64,000 bases of DNA from Syntrophobacteraceae bacterium. Lineage in GTDB: Bacteria; Desulfobacterota; Syntrophobacteria; Syntrophobacterales; Syntrophobacteraceae. The notes beneath the pieces are model-generated. The model did not search any database, had not been told where the DNA came from, and saw only the letters and a list, made by a program, of their open reading frames with translations. The stretch is taken from the NCBI GenBank assembly GCA_049964955.1, contig JBMFWU010000005.1, forward strand, positions 4,090 to 68,089, written 5' to 3'. Made by a program: the position numbers and the translations under genes. Shown piece by piece: positions 48,123 to 58,389 of the stretch. Positions within the stretch are counted from its first letter, which is position 1; each line of letters opens with the position of its first letter.

Positions 48123-50561
48123 ATGGATACGGAAATCAGGGCGACTTCCGACTACAAAGGCCTCTCGATCGAGGAGACTTTCGCCGCTCTTGGCGCGGGC
48201 GAAAAGGGCCTCTCCGATTCCGAGGTGGAGCAACGGGTCGCCGTCTATGGCAGAAATGAGATAACGGAAAAGAAAACGAACCCCGTTCTGGTGTTTCTTC
48301 GCTTTTATTGGGGGCCGATGCCTTGGCTGCTCGAACTTGCCATGGCGCTTTCCTTCGCGCTCGATCGCGCGGTCGAAGGGGTGATGATAATTGCGCTGCT
48401 GACAGTGAACGCGATTATCGGGTTCGTGCACACCCGCGGTTCGATGAAAGCGGTGGAGTTGCTGAAGCAGAGGCTCGCAATCAAGGCGAAGGTGCTCCGG
48501 GACGGAAACTGGAAGACAATATCCCCCGGTGAGCTCGTACCGGGAGACATCCTGGATGTGAAGCTCGGCGATATCGTCCCGGCGGATGCCAAGATCGTGG
48601 AAGGAGATGTGTCGATCGATGCCTCGGCGCTTACCGGCGAATCTCTTCCCGAGGAAAAGGAGCGCGAGGCCGTCGTCTATTCGGGCTCCGTAGTGAGGAG
48701 AGGAGAGGCTAAGTGTGTGGTGGTCAACACGGGGGCCAACACTTATTTCGGCAAGACCGCCGAACTGGTAAAAATTGCCAAGCCGAAGTCGCACCAGGAA
48801 GAGATCATGCTGGCCATCGTGAAGTACATGATGTACCTCGGGATTGCCGCCTCGCTGGTGGTTGCGGTCTATGCCATGGTGATGCACATGACCGTACTGG
48901 TCATCATGACCTTCGTGGTGGTTTTTCTGATGGGGGCTGTGCCGGTGGCTCTGCCGGCAGTGATGACGATTGTCCAGGCCGCTACGGGGATGCAGCTAGC
49001 CGAGGAAGGGGTCCTTGTGACCAGGCTCGATTCGATCGAAGATGCCGCTTCGATCTCCGTGTTGTGTCTCGATAAGACCGGAACGATCACGGAGAACAGG
49101 CTTTCGGTAAACAGCAGCCTTCCCTTCAACGGGCACAGCGAGCAGGATGTGATACGGGCGGCGGCTTTGGCCTCACGCTCCGAGGGCATGGATTTGATAG
49201 ACCTTGCCATCCTGGACTATGCAAAGAGCAGTAACCTGGACTTTGAACGCGACAGGCAGATTTCCTACACCCCGTTCAACCCGGCGATCAAGAGAACCGA
49301 AGCCGTCGTGGAGAGTGGCGGATGCTCGCGCCGTGTGGTCAAGGGGGCGGCACAGGTGATCGTGTCGATGTGCAAAGGAATGGACCGAAAGACTTTGGAG
49401 GAGGTGGACCGGGCGGTAGAGGAGTTTTCCCGCAAGGGCTACCGCACGCTTGCGGTGGCCGAATCGCAGGACATGGAGCATCCCGACGAGCTTACACTCA
49501 CCGGACTCGTTCCCCTTGCGGACCCTCCCCGACCCGATTCGAAGAAAATGATCGAGCAGATCAGAGAACTCGGCGTAAAGCCGCTGATGCTTACCGGCGA
49601 CAGCCTGGCGATTGCCCGCGAGATCGCAGGGCAGGTGGGAATCGGCTCCAATATCCTCAGGCTCTCCGATCTGGAAGGGTTGAGCGAGCACGAACAGGCG
49701 CTCAAGGCATCCTCCTGCGACGGGTTTGCCGAAATCTACCCCGAAGACAAGTACAAGATCGTCAAGCTCCTCCAGTCCCACGGGCAAATGGTGGGGATGA
49801 CCGGTGACGGGGTAAACGACGCGCCTGCCTTGAAGCAGGCGGAGATGGGGGTTGCGGTCAGCAATTCGGCCGATGTGGCCAAGGCTTCGGCCAGCGTCGT
49901 GCTCACGCAGCCGGGGGTAAGCGTTATCGTCAAGGCTATCCAGCGCAGCCGTGAGACCTATCAGCGGATGCTCACCTGGATTATCAACAAAGTGACCAAG
50001 GTGATCCAGGTCGTCTTCCTGCTCATGATCGGATTTTTCCTCCTGCACGGGATGGTGCTCTCGCTTCTCGGCATGGCCCTTCTCGTGTTTGCAAACGACT
50101 TTGTGACCATGTCTCTTGCAACGGACAATGTCAAGTTTACCGCCGCCCCCAACAACTGGAACATACGGGACATAACGCTCGCCTCCTTCGTGGTGGGAGC
50201 TTTGCTGGTTGTAGAAGGCGTCCTCGCGATGGTTGGAGGCAGGGACTTGTTCCAGCTGAGCTTTCCCCGGCTGCAAACCTTCATAATGTTGATGCTCGTT
50301 TTTACGAGCCAGTTCAGGGTGCTCATCGTGCGGGAAAGGAGATTTTTCTGGAATTCGATGCCCGGAAAAGCCCTCATCGCCTCCACAATCTGCGCTATTC
50401 TCGCGTTTGTGCTGCTGGGGATCTTCGGTGTCATCGTGCCGGCCTTAACGCCCGAGGAGGTGCTGGCCGTGCTCGCTTTTTCCGCCGTCTTTACCCTGGC
50501 GATCGATGTGCCCAAGTACTTCGCGTTCAAGCAGTTCGGCCTGGCGGCCGAACGCCGGTAG
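48123..50561 (+). CDS. P-type ATPase, P3A (plasma-membrane H+-ATPase-like) subfamily
   Basis: 812 aa. CLDKTGTITENRL, MLTGDS, MTGDGVNDAPALKQAEMGVAV. N-terminal GLSDSEVEQRVAVYGRNEITEKKTNPVLVFLRFYWGPMPWLLE resembles P3A proton pumps. Confidence 0.85.
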   Translation: MDTEIRATSDYKGLSIEETFAALGAGEKGLSDSEVEQRVAVYGRNEITEKKTNPVLVFLRFYWGPMPWLLELAMALSFALDRAVEGVMIIALLTVNAIIGFVHTRGSMKAVELLKQRLAIKAKVLRDGNWKTISPGELVPGDILDVKLGDIVPADAKIVEGDVSIDASALTGESLPEEKEREAVVYSGSVVRRGEAKCVVVNTGANTYFGKTAELVKIAKPKSHQEEIMLAIVKYMMYLGIAASLVVAVYAMVMHMTVLVIMTFVVVFLMGAVPVALPAVMTIVQAATGMQLAEEGVLVTRLDSIEDAASISVLCLDKTGTITENRLSVNSSLPFNGHSEQDVIRAAALASRSEGMDLIDLAILDYAKSSNLDFERDRQISYTPFNPAIKRTEAVVESGGCSRRVVKGAAQVIVSMCKGMDRKTLEEVDRAVEEFSRKGYRTLAVAESQDMEHPDELTLTGLVPLADPPRPDSKKMIEQIRELGVKPLMLTGDSLAIAREIAGQVGIGSNILRLSDLEGLSEHEQALKASSCDGFAEIYPEDKYKIVKLLQSHGQMVGMTGDGVNDAPALKQAEMGVAVSNSADVAKASASVVLTQPGVSVIVKAIQRSRETYQRMLTWIINKVTKVIQVVFLLMIGFFLLHGMVLSLLGMALLVFANDFVTMSLATDNVKFTAAPNNWNIRDITLASFVVGALLVVEGVLAMVGGRDLFQLSFPRLQTFIMLMLVFTSQFRVLIVRERRFFWNSMPGKALIASTICAILAFVLLGIFGVIVPALTPEEVLAVLAFSAVFTLAIDVPKYFAFKQFGLAAERR

Positions 50562-50607
50562 CCTTTGCGGGGGGGGGCGCAGCCCCGGATGAGCCGCGCA
50601 GCGGCGT

Positions 50608-50634
50608 GGGGGTGCAGGGGGCGAAAGCCCCCGC
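50608..50634. repeat. G/C hairpin repeat, copy 3
   Basis: GGGGGTGCAGGGGGCGAAAGCCCCCGC (stem GGGGGC/GCCCCC with GAAA loop), between the convergent ATPase and MFS genes. Confidence 0.75.
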
Positions 50635-50657
50635 GCCTTTCCCTGATCTGGGGTCGG

Positions 50658-51833
50658 TCAATGCTCGCAAGCAGCAGGGCGCCAGGATTTTTCGGGCAGC
50701 ATCAAGGCCAGGGGAAGCCCGAGCAGAGACAACCCGGCGATGCACCACATCGCTGCATCGATACCATACGAGTTAGCGACGAAGCCGAGGACAAAAATCG
50801 CCACCGCGCCGAGGGTGTTGCCGGCGCCAAGCGTTATGCCCGATGCCATCGAATGGCTCTTGGGGAAAAGGTCCTGCCCGATAAGCATCGTAACGGGTGC
50901 GGTGGCAAAGGTGGCGATCCCCAGGAACGCGAGACTTACCCACAGCCAGATCCCGTTCGAGAACAGGAAAAGCGCAAGAAGCACTGAAGAGAGTATACTT
51001 GAGGAGATGATCACGGGGCGGCGTCCCACATGATCGGCGAGTACCCCCCCGGAGAAATTTCCCAGAATACCGACTACGAGCATGACGCTTATGAGCGAGG
51101 CCCCGGCAACCAGGGAACCGCCCCGAGCGTGCCAGAGCAGGGGAACGAAGGTAACCACGCCGTAGGTAACCATTCCGCGAAGTCCCACGAAACCGACAAG
51201 GGCAAGGATGCGTCCCCGGTTGCGTTGCCAGGAGTCCCGGGCAAGACGAGAGGGGACAGGCGCCAAATGCGGCACCGACCGCAGAAGGAGCAGCATGGTA
51301 AGGACCCCGGGAATCGCAAAGAGCCAAAGGCTGCGCAGTCCGAGCGACATTACCAGAAATCCGGCCACAACCGGCCATACGCCGCGGCCCAGTTCGCCTC
51401 CGATCAAGAAAAAAGACATTCCCGTCCCTGCCCGTGCTCCGGTAATCGACCGGGCGGCTGCCAGCGCCTGCGGATGAAAGGCCGCATTGCCCAGCCCGGA
51501 TACGACCAGAAGAGCAATCAAAGGCCAGTAGCCCGGCGCCAGACCGATCAGGCTCGTCCCCAAAGCGCTCAGAACGAGTCCCACCAGCACGAAACTCCGC
51601 CCTCCCGTCCGGTCCGCTCTCCAGCCGAGAAAGGGTTGGAGGAGCGACCCGATTCCAATCAGCGCAAGGATCAGGCTTCCGACCAAAGCGATCCGCATGT
51701 GGAACTTCGTAAGCAGCACGGGAAGTACTGCCGGCAAATAATTTATATAGCCGTCATTTAGAAAGTGCGCCCAGGTCAGAGCCGCAAGTCCCAGTCGTGA
51801 AGAGGGTGCGGCGAGTTTTTCGCTCTTGCTCAT
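50658..51833 (-). CDS. MFS transporter (Fsr-like)
   Basis: About 12 TM segments. Start set at ATG 51833 (MSKSEKLAAPSSRLGLAALTWAHFLNDGYINYLPAVLPVLL). Confidence 0.8.
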   Translation of the reverse strand: MSKSEKLAAPSSRLGLAALTWAHFLNDGYINYLPAVLPVLLTKFHMRIALVGSLILALIGIGSLLQPFLGWRADRTGGRSFVLVGLVLSALGTSLIGLAPGYWPLIALLVVSGLGNAAFHPQALAAARSITGARAGTGMSFFLIGGELGRGVWPVVAGFLVMSLGLRSLWLFAIPGVLTMLLLLRSVPHLAPVPSRLARDSWQRNRGRILALVGFVGLRGMVTYGVVTFVPLLWHARGGSLVAGASLISVMLVVGILGNFSGGVLADHVGRRPVIISSSILSSVLLALFLFSNGIWLWVSLAFLGIATFATAPVTMLIGQDLFPKSHSMASGITLGAGNTLGAVAIFVLGFVANSYGIDAAMWCIAGLSLLGLPLALMLPEKSWRPAACEH

Positions 51834-52028
51834 TTGCGTATGTTTCCCGCTTCCCGGCCCGCGCCGGAGTAATCGAGTATCGGACATCAGGGTTGGAGGA
51901 ACAGGCGTTTTCCTGTTCCGCAACCTGCCGGAGGCGAAACTTATAGTCTGAGGTTGCCTTCCTTGTCCATACAAAACCCCGACGAGGACAATACCTCCGG
52001 GAGACCCGGATTTGGCTTGATCGCTTTT

Positions 52029-52042
52029 GTAGTACGTACTAC
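52029..52042. promoter_or_regulatory. perfect 14-bp palindrome, candidate TA operator
   Basis: GTAGTACGTACTAC lies 47 nt upstream of the antitoxin GTG start. It is absent upstream of the second TA copy. Confidence 0.4.
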
Positions 52043-52088
52043 AATTATTCATAGATGATGAAAAACTGCCGAAGAGAGGTTTTTTTCA

Positions 52089-52337
52089 GTGAAAGAACTC
52101 ATAAGCATCCGGGAAGCAAACCAGCATATTTCGCGCTATATCGATGCAATCCAGGATGGGGGCGAGATCGTCATCACCCGTCGCGGAAAGCCGGTTGCAA
52201 AACTGATCGGCATAAAGGAAGCGGATGGATTGAGCGAGGCTCAGAAGGGAGCGCGCAACAGGACCCTGGTTCGAATGCAAAAGGGGTACTCCCTGGGAGG
52301 GCATGTAGTTCAGAGGGATGTTTTGCATGAGAGGTAG
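52089..52337 (+). CDS. Phd/YefM-family antitoxin
   Basis: 82 aa, GTG start. KELISIREANQHISRYIDAIQDGGEIVITRRGKPVAKLI is the typical Phd/YefM N-terminal fold. Confidence 0.8.
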   Translation: MKELISIREANQHISRYIDAIQDGGEIVITRRGKPVAKLIGIKEADGLSEAQKGARNRTLVRMQKGYSLGGHVVQRDVLHER

Positions 52338-52788
52338 ACGGTTGAGTCTGGACACCAATATTTTGGTGTACGCAATGGACCGGGATGCGGGCAAACGTGA
52401 CGATCTCGCCTTGCAAATCGTCGACAGGGCCGTCGACTCGGACTGCGTTTTGACGTTGCAATCACTTTGTGAATTTTATGCTGCCGTGACCGGAAAAGGA
52501 AAAATGCCCCAAAAAGAAGCAGCAGCACAGATACACGACTGGCTGGAGTTATTTCCTGTGGCGTCTGCAACCCCCAAATCGTTTACGAAGGCGCTGAAGG
52601 CGGTGAAAGAACACGGCCTCTCTTTCTGGGACGCCATGATATGGGCGGTCGCGGCGGAAGCCGGGGTCGCGCTTCTGCTCTCCGAGGATTTCCAGCACAC
52701 CCGGGTGCTGGAAGGAGTTGAGTTCTACAATCCCTTTGGAATGGACGATCCCTTAGCCCGCGTATTCAATTCCCTGTTGCGTCCTTAG
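52327..52788 (+). CDS. vapC: PIN-domain toxin VapC
   Basis: LSLDTNILVYAMD, SFWDAMIWAVAAEAGVALLLSEDFQH. Start ATG 52327 (or 52318) overlaps the antitoxin end. Confidence 0.8.
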   Translation: MRGRRLSLDTNILVYAMDRDAGKRDDLALQIVDRAVDSDCVLTLQSLCEFYAAVTGKGKMPQKEAAAQIHDWLELFPVASATPKSFTKALKAVKEHGLSFWDAMIWAVAAEAGVALLLSEDFQHTRVLEGVEFYNPFGMDDPLARVFNSLLRP

Positions 52789-53016
52789 ATGCACTGCAGC
52801 AGTCAAGTTTTGCCATTGCGACGCTGACCTTCGAGGTATTGCAGCCTGGGGATGCCTCTTTTTCGCTGGCCAGGGGGAGGGCTTCCTTACCGGTTATGCT
52901 GGATCATTCCTCGTTGTGCCGCCGAATCTCCGAGATACTCCATTCGGCGGCAAGTTCGGTTGCGGGTTTGTTTGTGTTGCGAGTCGGCAAGCCGCCCCGG
53001 TTTTATCCCTGCTGCT

Positions 53017-54456
53017 TTATTTCGCGCATGCGAAGTCCTTTTTCCTCCAAATGGATTTGCCCCGTTTGCTTCCGCTTTCATATTCTGCCAGAGGCGCAGC
53101 CGTAGCAGGTAAGGTTCGGGTCAACCAGCCTGATCGCGCGGCGCTCATCAAACCCCAGAAAGAAATCCATGACAGGGCGAAAACCGAAAAGAACGAGTAG
53201 GGAATGGCCCAGCGCCAGCCAAACCAGGAGCGGTAGCGGAGCTGATAGACTGCTCCCGGTACAATCGAGCCGATCAGGCAGCCGCCCCCCAGAGCCAGCA
53301 GGGTGGGCGCCGGATTCATAACCAGCTGAGCCAACAGACCCACTTTGAGCGCCTCCCCCACAGTTAGCCGGAACAGTTGCATTCCGCTTATAAATCGAAT
53401 CCATCCGCCCCCGCTGTCTCCCTTCCGGAAACGTTTAAACACGAAGCATGCCATGACCAGACTCTCACGGACATTGCTCCTGGCCCAGCGCAGCATCATT
53501 TTGCGCAGCCCCTGAAAAGCAACGGGAATCTTGGTAAGCACAACCGCTTCCCTCTGGTAGACGACCCGGTAGCCGGTTTTGAGCACAAGATTGGTCAAGG
53601 CCCGGTCTTCCCCTATCGTTGCAGGCGTTCCAAGGAAGGCCTGTTTTACCCAGCCCGTTAAATGCTCCCTTATTATCGATACCCTGTAGGCGGACAGCGC
53701 GCCGGGGGTGCAGAATACACCCCCGTATACGGACTGGCCCGCACGAATGAAATCGAAGCCGGACGTAAAGAACACTTCCATCATCTTGGGAATGGGCCCC
53801 TCTTCGCGGTTTAGAACGCGTACGTTTCCTGCCACGGCCCCCACTTTGGGATTTACGGCAAAGGGGCTTACGAGGTGAAGCAGGGTGTCCGGCAACACCT
53901 CTGAATCCGAGTCGATGGTCACCCACACTTCGCTGCGGGCGTGTTGAAACCCGGCCATGAGGGCTTGACGTTTGCCCGAGTTTTTAGGCTGGCGGACCAG
54001 TTTGAGCCGTGCCGGATACTCCTGCCGGGCCTTGAGCATCCACTGCCAGGTGTCATCGTTCGAGCCGTCGTCAACGGAGATAACCTGCATCTTCTCGGCG
54101 GGATAATTGCTGTTCATGACCGAGCGCACCGTGGGCAGAATCTGCCGGCCCTCGTTATAGGCCGGAATCACGATCGTTACCGTGGGAAGCTCGTTTTCGG
54201 CCACCGGAGCGCAGGCCTTGTAACGGTATGCCATCCAGATTCTCCAGGCGAGTACGCCAAGGGCGAAGATAGCCAGCGCAGAGCCGGGCCTGATGCCAAA
54301 CAGGAGGGGGTGAGGGTGCTTTAGCACCTGAAGAAAGTGGACCTTGCCCGACAACCTCGAACAAAGGAGTGTAGCTGCGAGCAGCAGGTCGACCAGTAGA
54401 ATCCATAGGTACAGGTGGTCAATTTTATTTTTGAGGATGAACAATCTCTTTTTCAT
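53017..54456 (-). CDS. membrane-embedded family-2 glycosyltransferase (processive synthase type, PgaC/NodC/HasA-like)
   Basis: 479 aa. N- and C-terminal TM segments. TIVIPAYNEG, SVDDGSNDDT, TIDSDSEV (DxD), GEDRALTN, LRKMMLRWARSN (QxxRW-like). GAGG RBS before ATG 54456. Confidence 0.8.
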   Translation of the reverse strand: MKKRLFILKNKIDHLYLWILLVDLLLAATLLCSRLSGKVHFLQVLKHPHPLLFGIRPGSALAIFALGVLAWRIWMAYRYKACAPVAENELPTVTIVIPAYNEGRQILPTVRSVMNSNYPAEKMQVISVDDGSNDDTWQWMLKARQEYPARLKLVRQPKNSGKRQALMAGFQHARSEVWVTIDSDSEVLPDTLLHLVSPFAVNPKVGAVAGNVRVLNREEGPIPKMMEVFFTSGFDFIRAGQSVYGGVFCTPGALSAYRVSIIREHLTGWVKQAFLGTPATIGEDRALTNLVLKTGYRVVYQREAVVLTKIPVAFQGLRKMMLRWARSNVRESLVMACFVFKRFRKGDSGGGWIRFISGMQLFRLTVGEALKVGLLAQLVMNPAPTLLALGGGCLIGSIVPGAVYQLRYRSWFGWRWAIPYSFFSVFALSWISFWGLMSAARSGWLTRTLPATAAPLAEYESGSKRGKSIWRKKDFACAK

Positions 54457-54567
54457 GGAATTACCTCATCAAGGCCTTAATCGGTGCGGTGCAGTCTGCC
54501 AAAAGTTCACTCTCCCCTCTTTGTCATGCTTCGGGGGGACCAGACCCAGTCCTTGGACTAGCCCATA

Positions 54568-54583
54568 AGCAAGTGTCGTTCCA
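54568..54583 (-). promoter_or_regulatory. candidate sigma-54 promoter for the GT2 gene
   Basis: Minus strand reads TGGAAC-GACAC-TTGCT. GG and GC are at the canonical -24/-12 spacing, with one mismatch to TGGCAC-N5-TTGCW. About 110 nt upstream of ATG 54456. Confidence 0.5.
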
Positions 54584-54657
54584 TGCGCAAATGGAATCTC
54601 TTCGGTCCTCCCGGCCCTTCAATCCAACCCCGAAATGAGTTTTAGCCTGGCCGGCAG

Positions 54658-54773
54658 CGACAAGAAATGTCGAACGCTCACGCGGAGAGCTTTAAAATTT
54701 CCTCGTGATTACGGCACAATACGCATTCGACAGATTTTCCCGCCCCTCCCGGCATCCTCGACATTTCTGTCGA
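54658..54773. promoter_or_regulatory. TCGACA/TGTCGA inverted repeats, candidate enhancer (UAS) sites
   Basis: CGACA-agaaa-TGTCG (54658-54672), half-site TCGACA (54727-54732) and TCGACA-tttc-TGTCGA (54758-54773). They lie 75-190 bp upstream of the sigma-54-like promoter. Confidence 0.4.
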
Positions 54774-54973
54774 AAAGAGGTAGGAATGAGTTGGGTTTGT
54801 ACGAGCTATGCTCCTGAATGAACCGGATGCATCTACTGATGCCGATATAATCCATCTGGTATGAACATTGCTGCTGAAACGGCCAGTGGAAAAAGGACTC
54901 GGTGAATGGTTGTATGCTTTTGTGAGGCTCAGGCATCGATGCAACCCTGCTCTGCGAGGTGGAGTGGGAAGCC

Positions 54974-56722
54974 ATGACGAGTACAATGAACCGTTTTCTG
55001 CGAAACTTCAAAGGGGAAAGTCGCCACCACTTCATACAACCTTTGGCGGTCGCGCTGGTCTTTCTGCTTTTTGCCCTGCTTTTTTTCGGCATGGCCATGA
55101 TTGACCTCGGGCGGTTCGAGGATCTGCTCGCGAGCGCCCTGAGGGATAAGGCCCTCTATATCGCAGAAGTCATCGAGAAAGCTTCCCAGGTCAAATACAG
55201 CCGCCTCATGGGGGACACAAGGAAGTATGGGGAACTGTCGGCAACCACGGCTGTTGACGATCAATCCTTTTACCTCCAGCAATCCCTGGTCGAGGCACTG
55301 ATCGACGTGGCCCGGCATGTCGATCTGGATGCAGAACATGGGGAGGGGGCCGAGAGTAAAGCTCAGGAACTGGTCTCCTCAGAGCACCTCCATGCCATCG
55401 GTTTTTTCGACGAGCATGGCGGACTCGTATTTCGGAGTGCTCCGTTTCCGCCTTCTATAAGTAAACGAATGAAAGGCATGATGAAAAGCAAGGAGGAAAC
55501 GGCGGTCCACGTATTTCGTAAAACAAAGGAGCAGGGCTTGCCGAGCTTTATCGCGGTTCGCGAACAGAGTGGGAAGGGCGCTGTCGTCCTGGTCCTCAAC
55601 CGGCAGGACTTGAAATACTGGGGACGCAGGATTGCGACGCAGGCGGTCATGGAAGAGATGCAATGGGGCACGGGGGTCGCATACATATCCGTGGAGGATG
55701 AAGCAGGCAAGATTATCGCCAGGTTCGGACATATCCCGCGTGAGAAAATCCAGGGTTACCAGATTGCGGCAGATGCAACCGGGGAACCGGAAGACCTCTA
55801 CGGGCTGCTTGTAAAGATGGGAAAGACGAAGTCCCTGGAACTTTCCTTTCTCTTACGGTGGGACCAAAAGGCCATAGGGACTGTCCATGTCGGGCTGAAA
55901 ACCGACCAGACAAACCAGCTTCTGATGGAGAACCGAAAGCGCATCTTCCTCTGGACGGGCCTGATGATGCTCATCGGCCTTTTCGCAATGGGGGCGCTCT
56001 ACCGGACCCAAAACCGGCATATCGCCAGAATCCAGGCAATGCAGGAGCGATTACACCAGGCCGAGCGGCTCTCCTCTCTCGGGCAACTCGGGGCGGGAGT
56101 GGCCCACGAGATCCGAAACCCTCTGAACGCCATCAGCATGGCGGCCCAGAGGCTTCAGTCCGGGTGCACAAAGGAGAAGTTGGAGCGAATTTCCCATATC
56201 ATTCGAGACGAGATAAAGCGACTCAACCAGATCGTAGAGGATTTCCTGAGCCTTTCGAGAACCAACCGCTTCGAGTTCCGGACAATATCCATCACTGGCC
56301 TGCTGGATAGGATTTTTTTTCTTCTAAGTGAAGAAGCCGGGCCAAAAGGCATCCATGTCGCGAAGGAGTGGACGAACCGATCGGTTCGGGTCCTCATGGA
56401 TACGGGAAAAATGGAGCAGGCCCTCCTCAATATTATCCGCAACGCCATGGAATCCATTTCCGGTGAGGGGCGCATCACGATATCGTGCGACACTCCAGGA
56501 AAGAACCGGGTCAGCATCAAGATCAAAGATACCGGCAAGGGTATTCCCGCAGGGGAGGAGAAACGGATTTTCGACCCGTTCTATACGAGCAAGGAAAATG
56601 GCGTTGGCCTGGGCCTTGCCATCGCTCATGAGATTGTTTTGGCCCATGGTGGAGAAATCCGCGTGGAGAGTGAAGTCGGGAAGGGATCAACCTTCGAGGT
56701 CCTGCTTCCCCTGGAGCTGTGA
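54974..56722 (+). CDS. sensor histidine kinase (two TM, about 270-aa periplasmic domain; NtrB/AtoS-like transmitter)
   Basis: GAGVAHEIRNPLNAI (H box), NIIRNAMES (N), IKDTGKGIP (G1), GVGLGLAIAHEIV (G2). Start set at ATG 54974; the track starts at GTG 54959. Confidence 0.85.
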   Translation: MTSTMNRFLRNFKGESRHHFIQPLAVALVFLLFALLFFGMAMIDLGRFEDLLASALRDKALYIAEVIEKASQVKYSRLMGDTRKYGELSATTAVDDQSFYLQQSLVEALIDVARHVDLDAEHGEGAESKAQELVSSEHLHAIGFFDEHGGLVFRSAPFPPSISKRMKGMMKSKEETAVHVFRKTKEQGLPSFIAVREQSGKGAVVLVLNRQDLKYWGRRIATQAVMEEMQWGTGVAYISVEDEAGKIIARFGHIPREKIQGYQIAADATGEPEDLYGLLVKMGKTKSLELSFLLRWDQKAIGTVHVGLKTDQTNQLLMENRKRIFLWTGLMMLIGLFAMGALYRTQNRHIARIQAMQERLHQAERLSSLGQLGAGVAHEIRNPLNAISMAAQRLQSGCTKEKLERISHIIRDEIKRLNQIVEDFLSLSRTNRFEFRTISITGLLDRIFFLLSEEAGPKGIHVAKEWTNRSVRVLMDTGKMEQALLNIIRNAMESISGEGRITISCDTPGKNRVSIKIKDTGKGIPAGEEKRIFDPFYTSKENGVGLGLAIAHEIVLAHGGEIRVESEVGKGSTFEVLLPLEL

Positions 56723-56756
56723 GGCGGATTCGTGAGAAAAGGAAAAGCGCAGAGTC

Positions 56757-58127
56757 ATGCAAGAGCTCGATATCCTGATCGCCGAAGATGAACCGTTTCA
56801 GAGGGAAATGCTTTGCGATTTCCTCATCGAGGAGGGGCACCGGGTGGCGGGAGCCGGGAATGGCGAAGATGCGCTGAGGCTTCTCGAAGGCAGCTATTTT
56901 GACCTGTTGCTGCTTGATTTCAAGATGCCGGGGCTTACCGGCCTCGAATTACTGAAGGAAGCCAAACGACTCAATCCCTCAATCGATGCCGTAATCGTAA
57001 CGGCTTTCGGCACCATTGAAACCGCCGTCGAGGCAATGAAGGCGGGAGCAAGCGATTATATCGCAAAGCCCATCGATTTAAATCAACTCTCGATCCTGAT
57101 CAACCGTATTGCGCAACACCGAACGCTGCTTCGAGAAAACGAGATCCTCAAACAAGAGCTTAGGGAAAAAGGCGTATCCTCGGCGACCATCCACCACGAG
57201 AGTCCCAAGATGGCCGAACTGATAAACCTTGCCGGAAGGATAGCGCCAAGCCAGGCAACCGTTTTGATCCAGGGGGAGACCGGAGTCGGCAAGGAACTTT
57301 TCGCCAGGCTGATCCATCATCTAAGCCCCCGAGCCGAGCGGCCGCTGATTACGGTCAACTGTGCCGCCATCCCCGAAACACTGCTTGAAAGCGAACTGTT
57401 CGGGCACGAAAAAGGGGCCTTCACGGGCGCCACACAGCGACGAATCGGTCGATTCGAACAGGCCGCCGGAGGCACGCTCTTCCTCGACGAGATAGGCGAA
57501 CTCACCCTGCCCGTTCAGGTGAAGCTGCTCCGTTTCGCTCAGGAGCGGGAGTTTCAAAGGATCGGCGGGGAGAGGACCATCAAAGCCGATGTGCGGATCA
57601 TCAGCGCCACCCACCAGGACCTTGAATCCAAGGTGAAGGATGGCACGTTTCGCGAGGATCTTTTCTACCGTGTAAACGTCGTTACCATGAAAATCCCGCC
57701 GCTCAGGGAGCGCCGTGAGGATATCCCCGTTCTGATCGATCACTTCGTGAACCATTTCGCCAGAGAAAACCGTAAGGAAATCAAAGGAGTGAGCAGGGAA
57801 GCGCGTGACCTGCTAATCAAGTACCATTATCCGGGAAATGTGAGAGAATTGGAAAACATCATCGAGAGGGCCATAGTGATCGCTCGCGGTGCTGTCTTGT
57901 CCGTCGAAGATTTGCCGTTTCAGGAAGCCTTGGCTTCAAACGCCATGTGTTCCAATGACGCCCGGGCTCCGGAAGGAACCCTTCAGCACACGCTCGAATC
58001 GACGGAACTCCAGATGATAAAGGATGCGATGGAAAGGGCCTCCGGTAACCAGAGTCAGGCTGCCAAACTGCTGGGATTGAACGAGAGGATGCTCCGATAT
58101 AAACTGAAAAAATATGGATTGAAGTGA
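56757..58127 (+). CDS. sigma-54-dependent response regulator (NtrC family enhancer-binding protein)
   Basis: Receiver ([12 protein letters not shown]). AAA+ domain with [14 protein letters not shown] (HEKGAFTGA) and ESELFGHE. C-terminal Fis-type HTH ([24 protein letters not shown]). Confidence 0.92.
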   Translation: MQELDILIAEDEPFQREMLCDFLIEEGHRVAGAGNGEDALRLLEGSYFDLLLLDFKMPGLTGLELLKEAKRLNPSIDAVIVTAFGTIETAVEAMKAGASDYIAKPIDLNQLSILINRIAQHRTLLRENEILKQELREKGVSSATIHHESPKMAELINLAGRIAPSQATVLIQGETGVGKELFARLIHHLSPRAERPLITVNCAAIPETLLESELFGHEKGAFTGATQRRIGRFEQAAGGTLFLDEIGELTLPVQVKLLRFAQEREFQRIGGERTIKADVRIISATHQDLESKVKDGTFREDLFYRVNVVTMKIPPLRERREDIPVLIDHFVNHFARENRKEIKGVSREARDLLIKYHYPGNVRELENIIERAIVIARGAVLSVEDLPFQEALASNAMCSNDARAPEGTLQHTLESTELQMIKDAMERASGNQSQAAKLLGLNERMLRYKLKKYGLK

Positions 58128-58167
58128 ATATCGCCCCGTGCTCCCTCTGGAAGAGAGGTTTTTCCCA

Positions 58168-58389
58168 GTGAAAGAACTCATAAGCATTCGGGAAGCAAAC
58201 CAGTACATCTCGCGCTATATCGATGCAATCCAGGATGGAGGCGAGATCGTCATCACCTGTCGCGGAAAACCTGTCGCAAAATTGATCGTAAAGGAAGCGA
58301 GTGGATTGACCAAGGCTCAGAAGGGCGCGCGCAACAGGACCTTGGTTCGAATGCAAAAGGGGTATTCACTGGGAGGGCATGAGAGATAG
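58168..58389 (+). CDS. Phd/YefM-family antitoxin, second copy
   Basis: Aligns with 52089..52337 (KELISIREANQYISRYIDAIQDGGEIVITCRGKPVAKLI). It lacks 8 codons (VVQRDVLH) present near the C-terminus of copy 1. It begins 41 nt after the regulator stop. Confidence 0.7.
   Translation: MKELISIREANQYISRYIDAIQDGGEIVITCRGKPVAKLIVKEASGLTKAQKGARNRTLVRMQKGYSLGGHER

Noticed and set aside
52788-53017. Small ORFs between the VapC gene and the GT2 gene (52839..53105, 52852..53112, 52916..53200)
   Set aside because: They overlap the GT2 3' end or each other, have no RBS and show no recognisable motifs.
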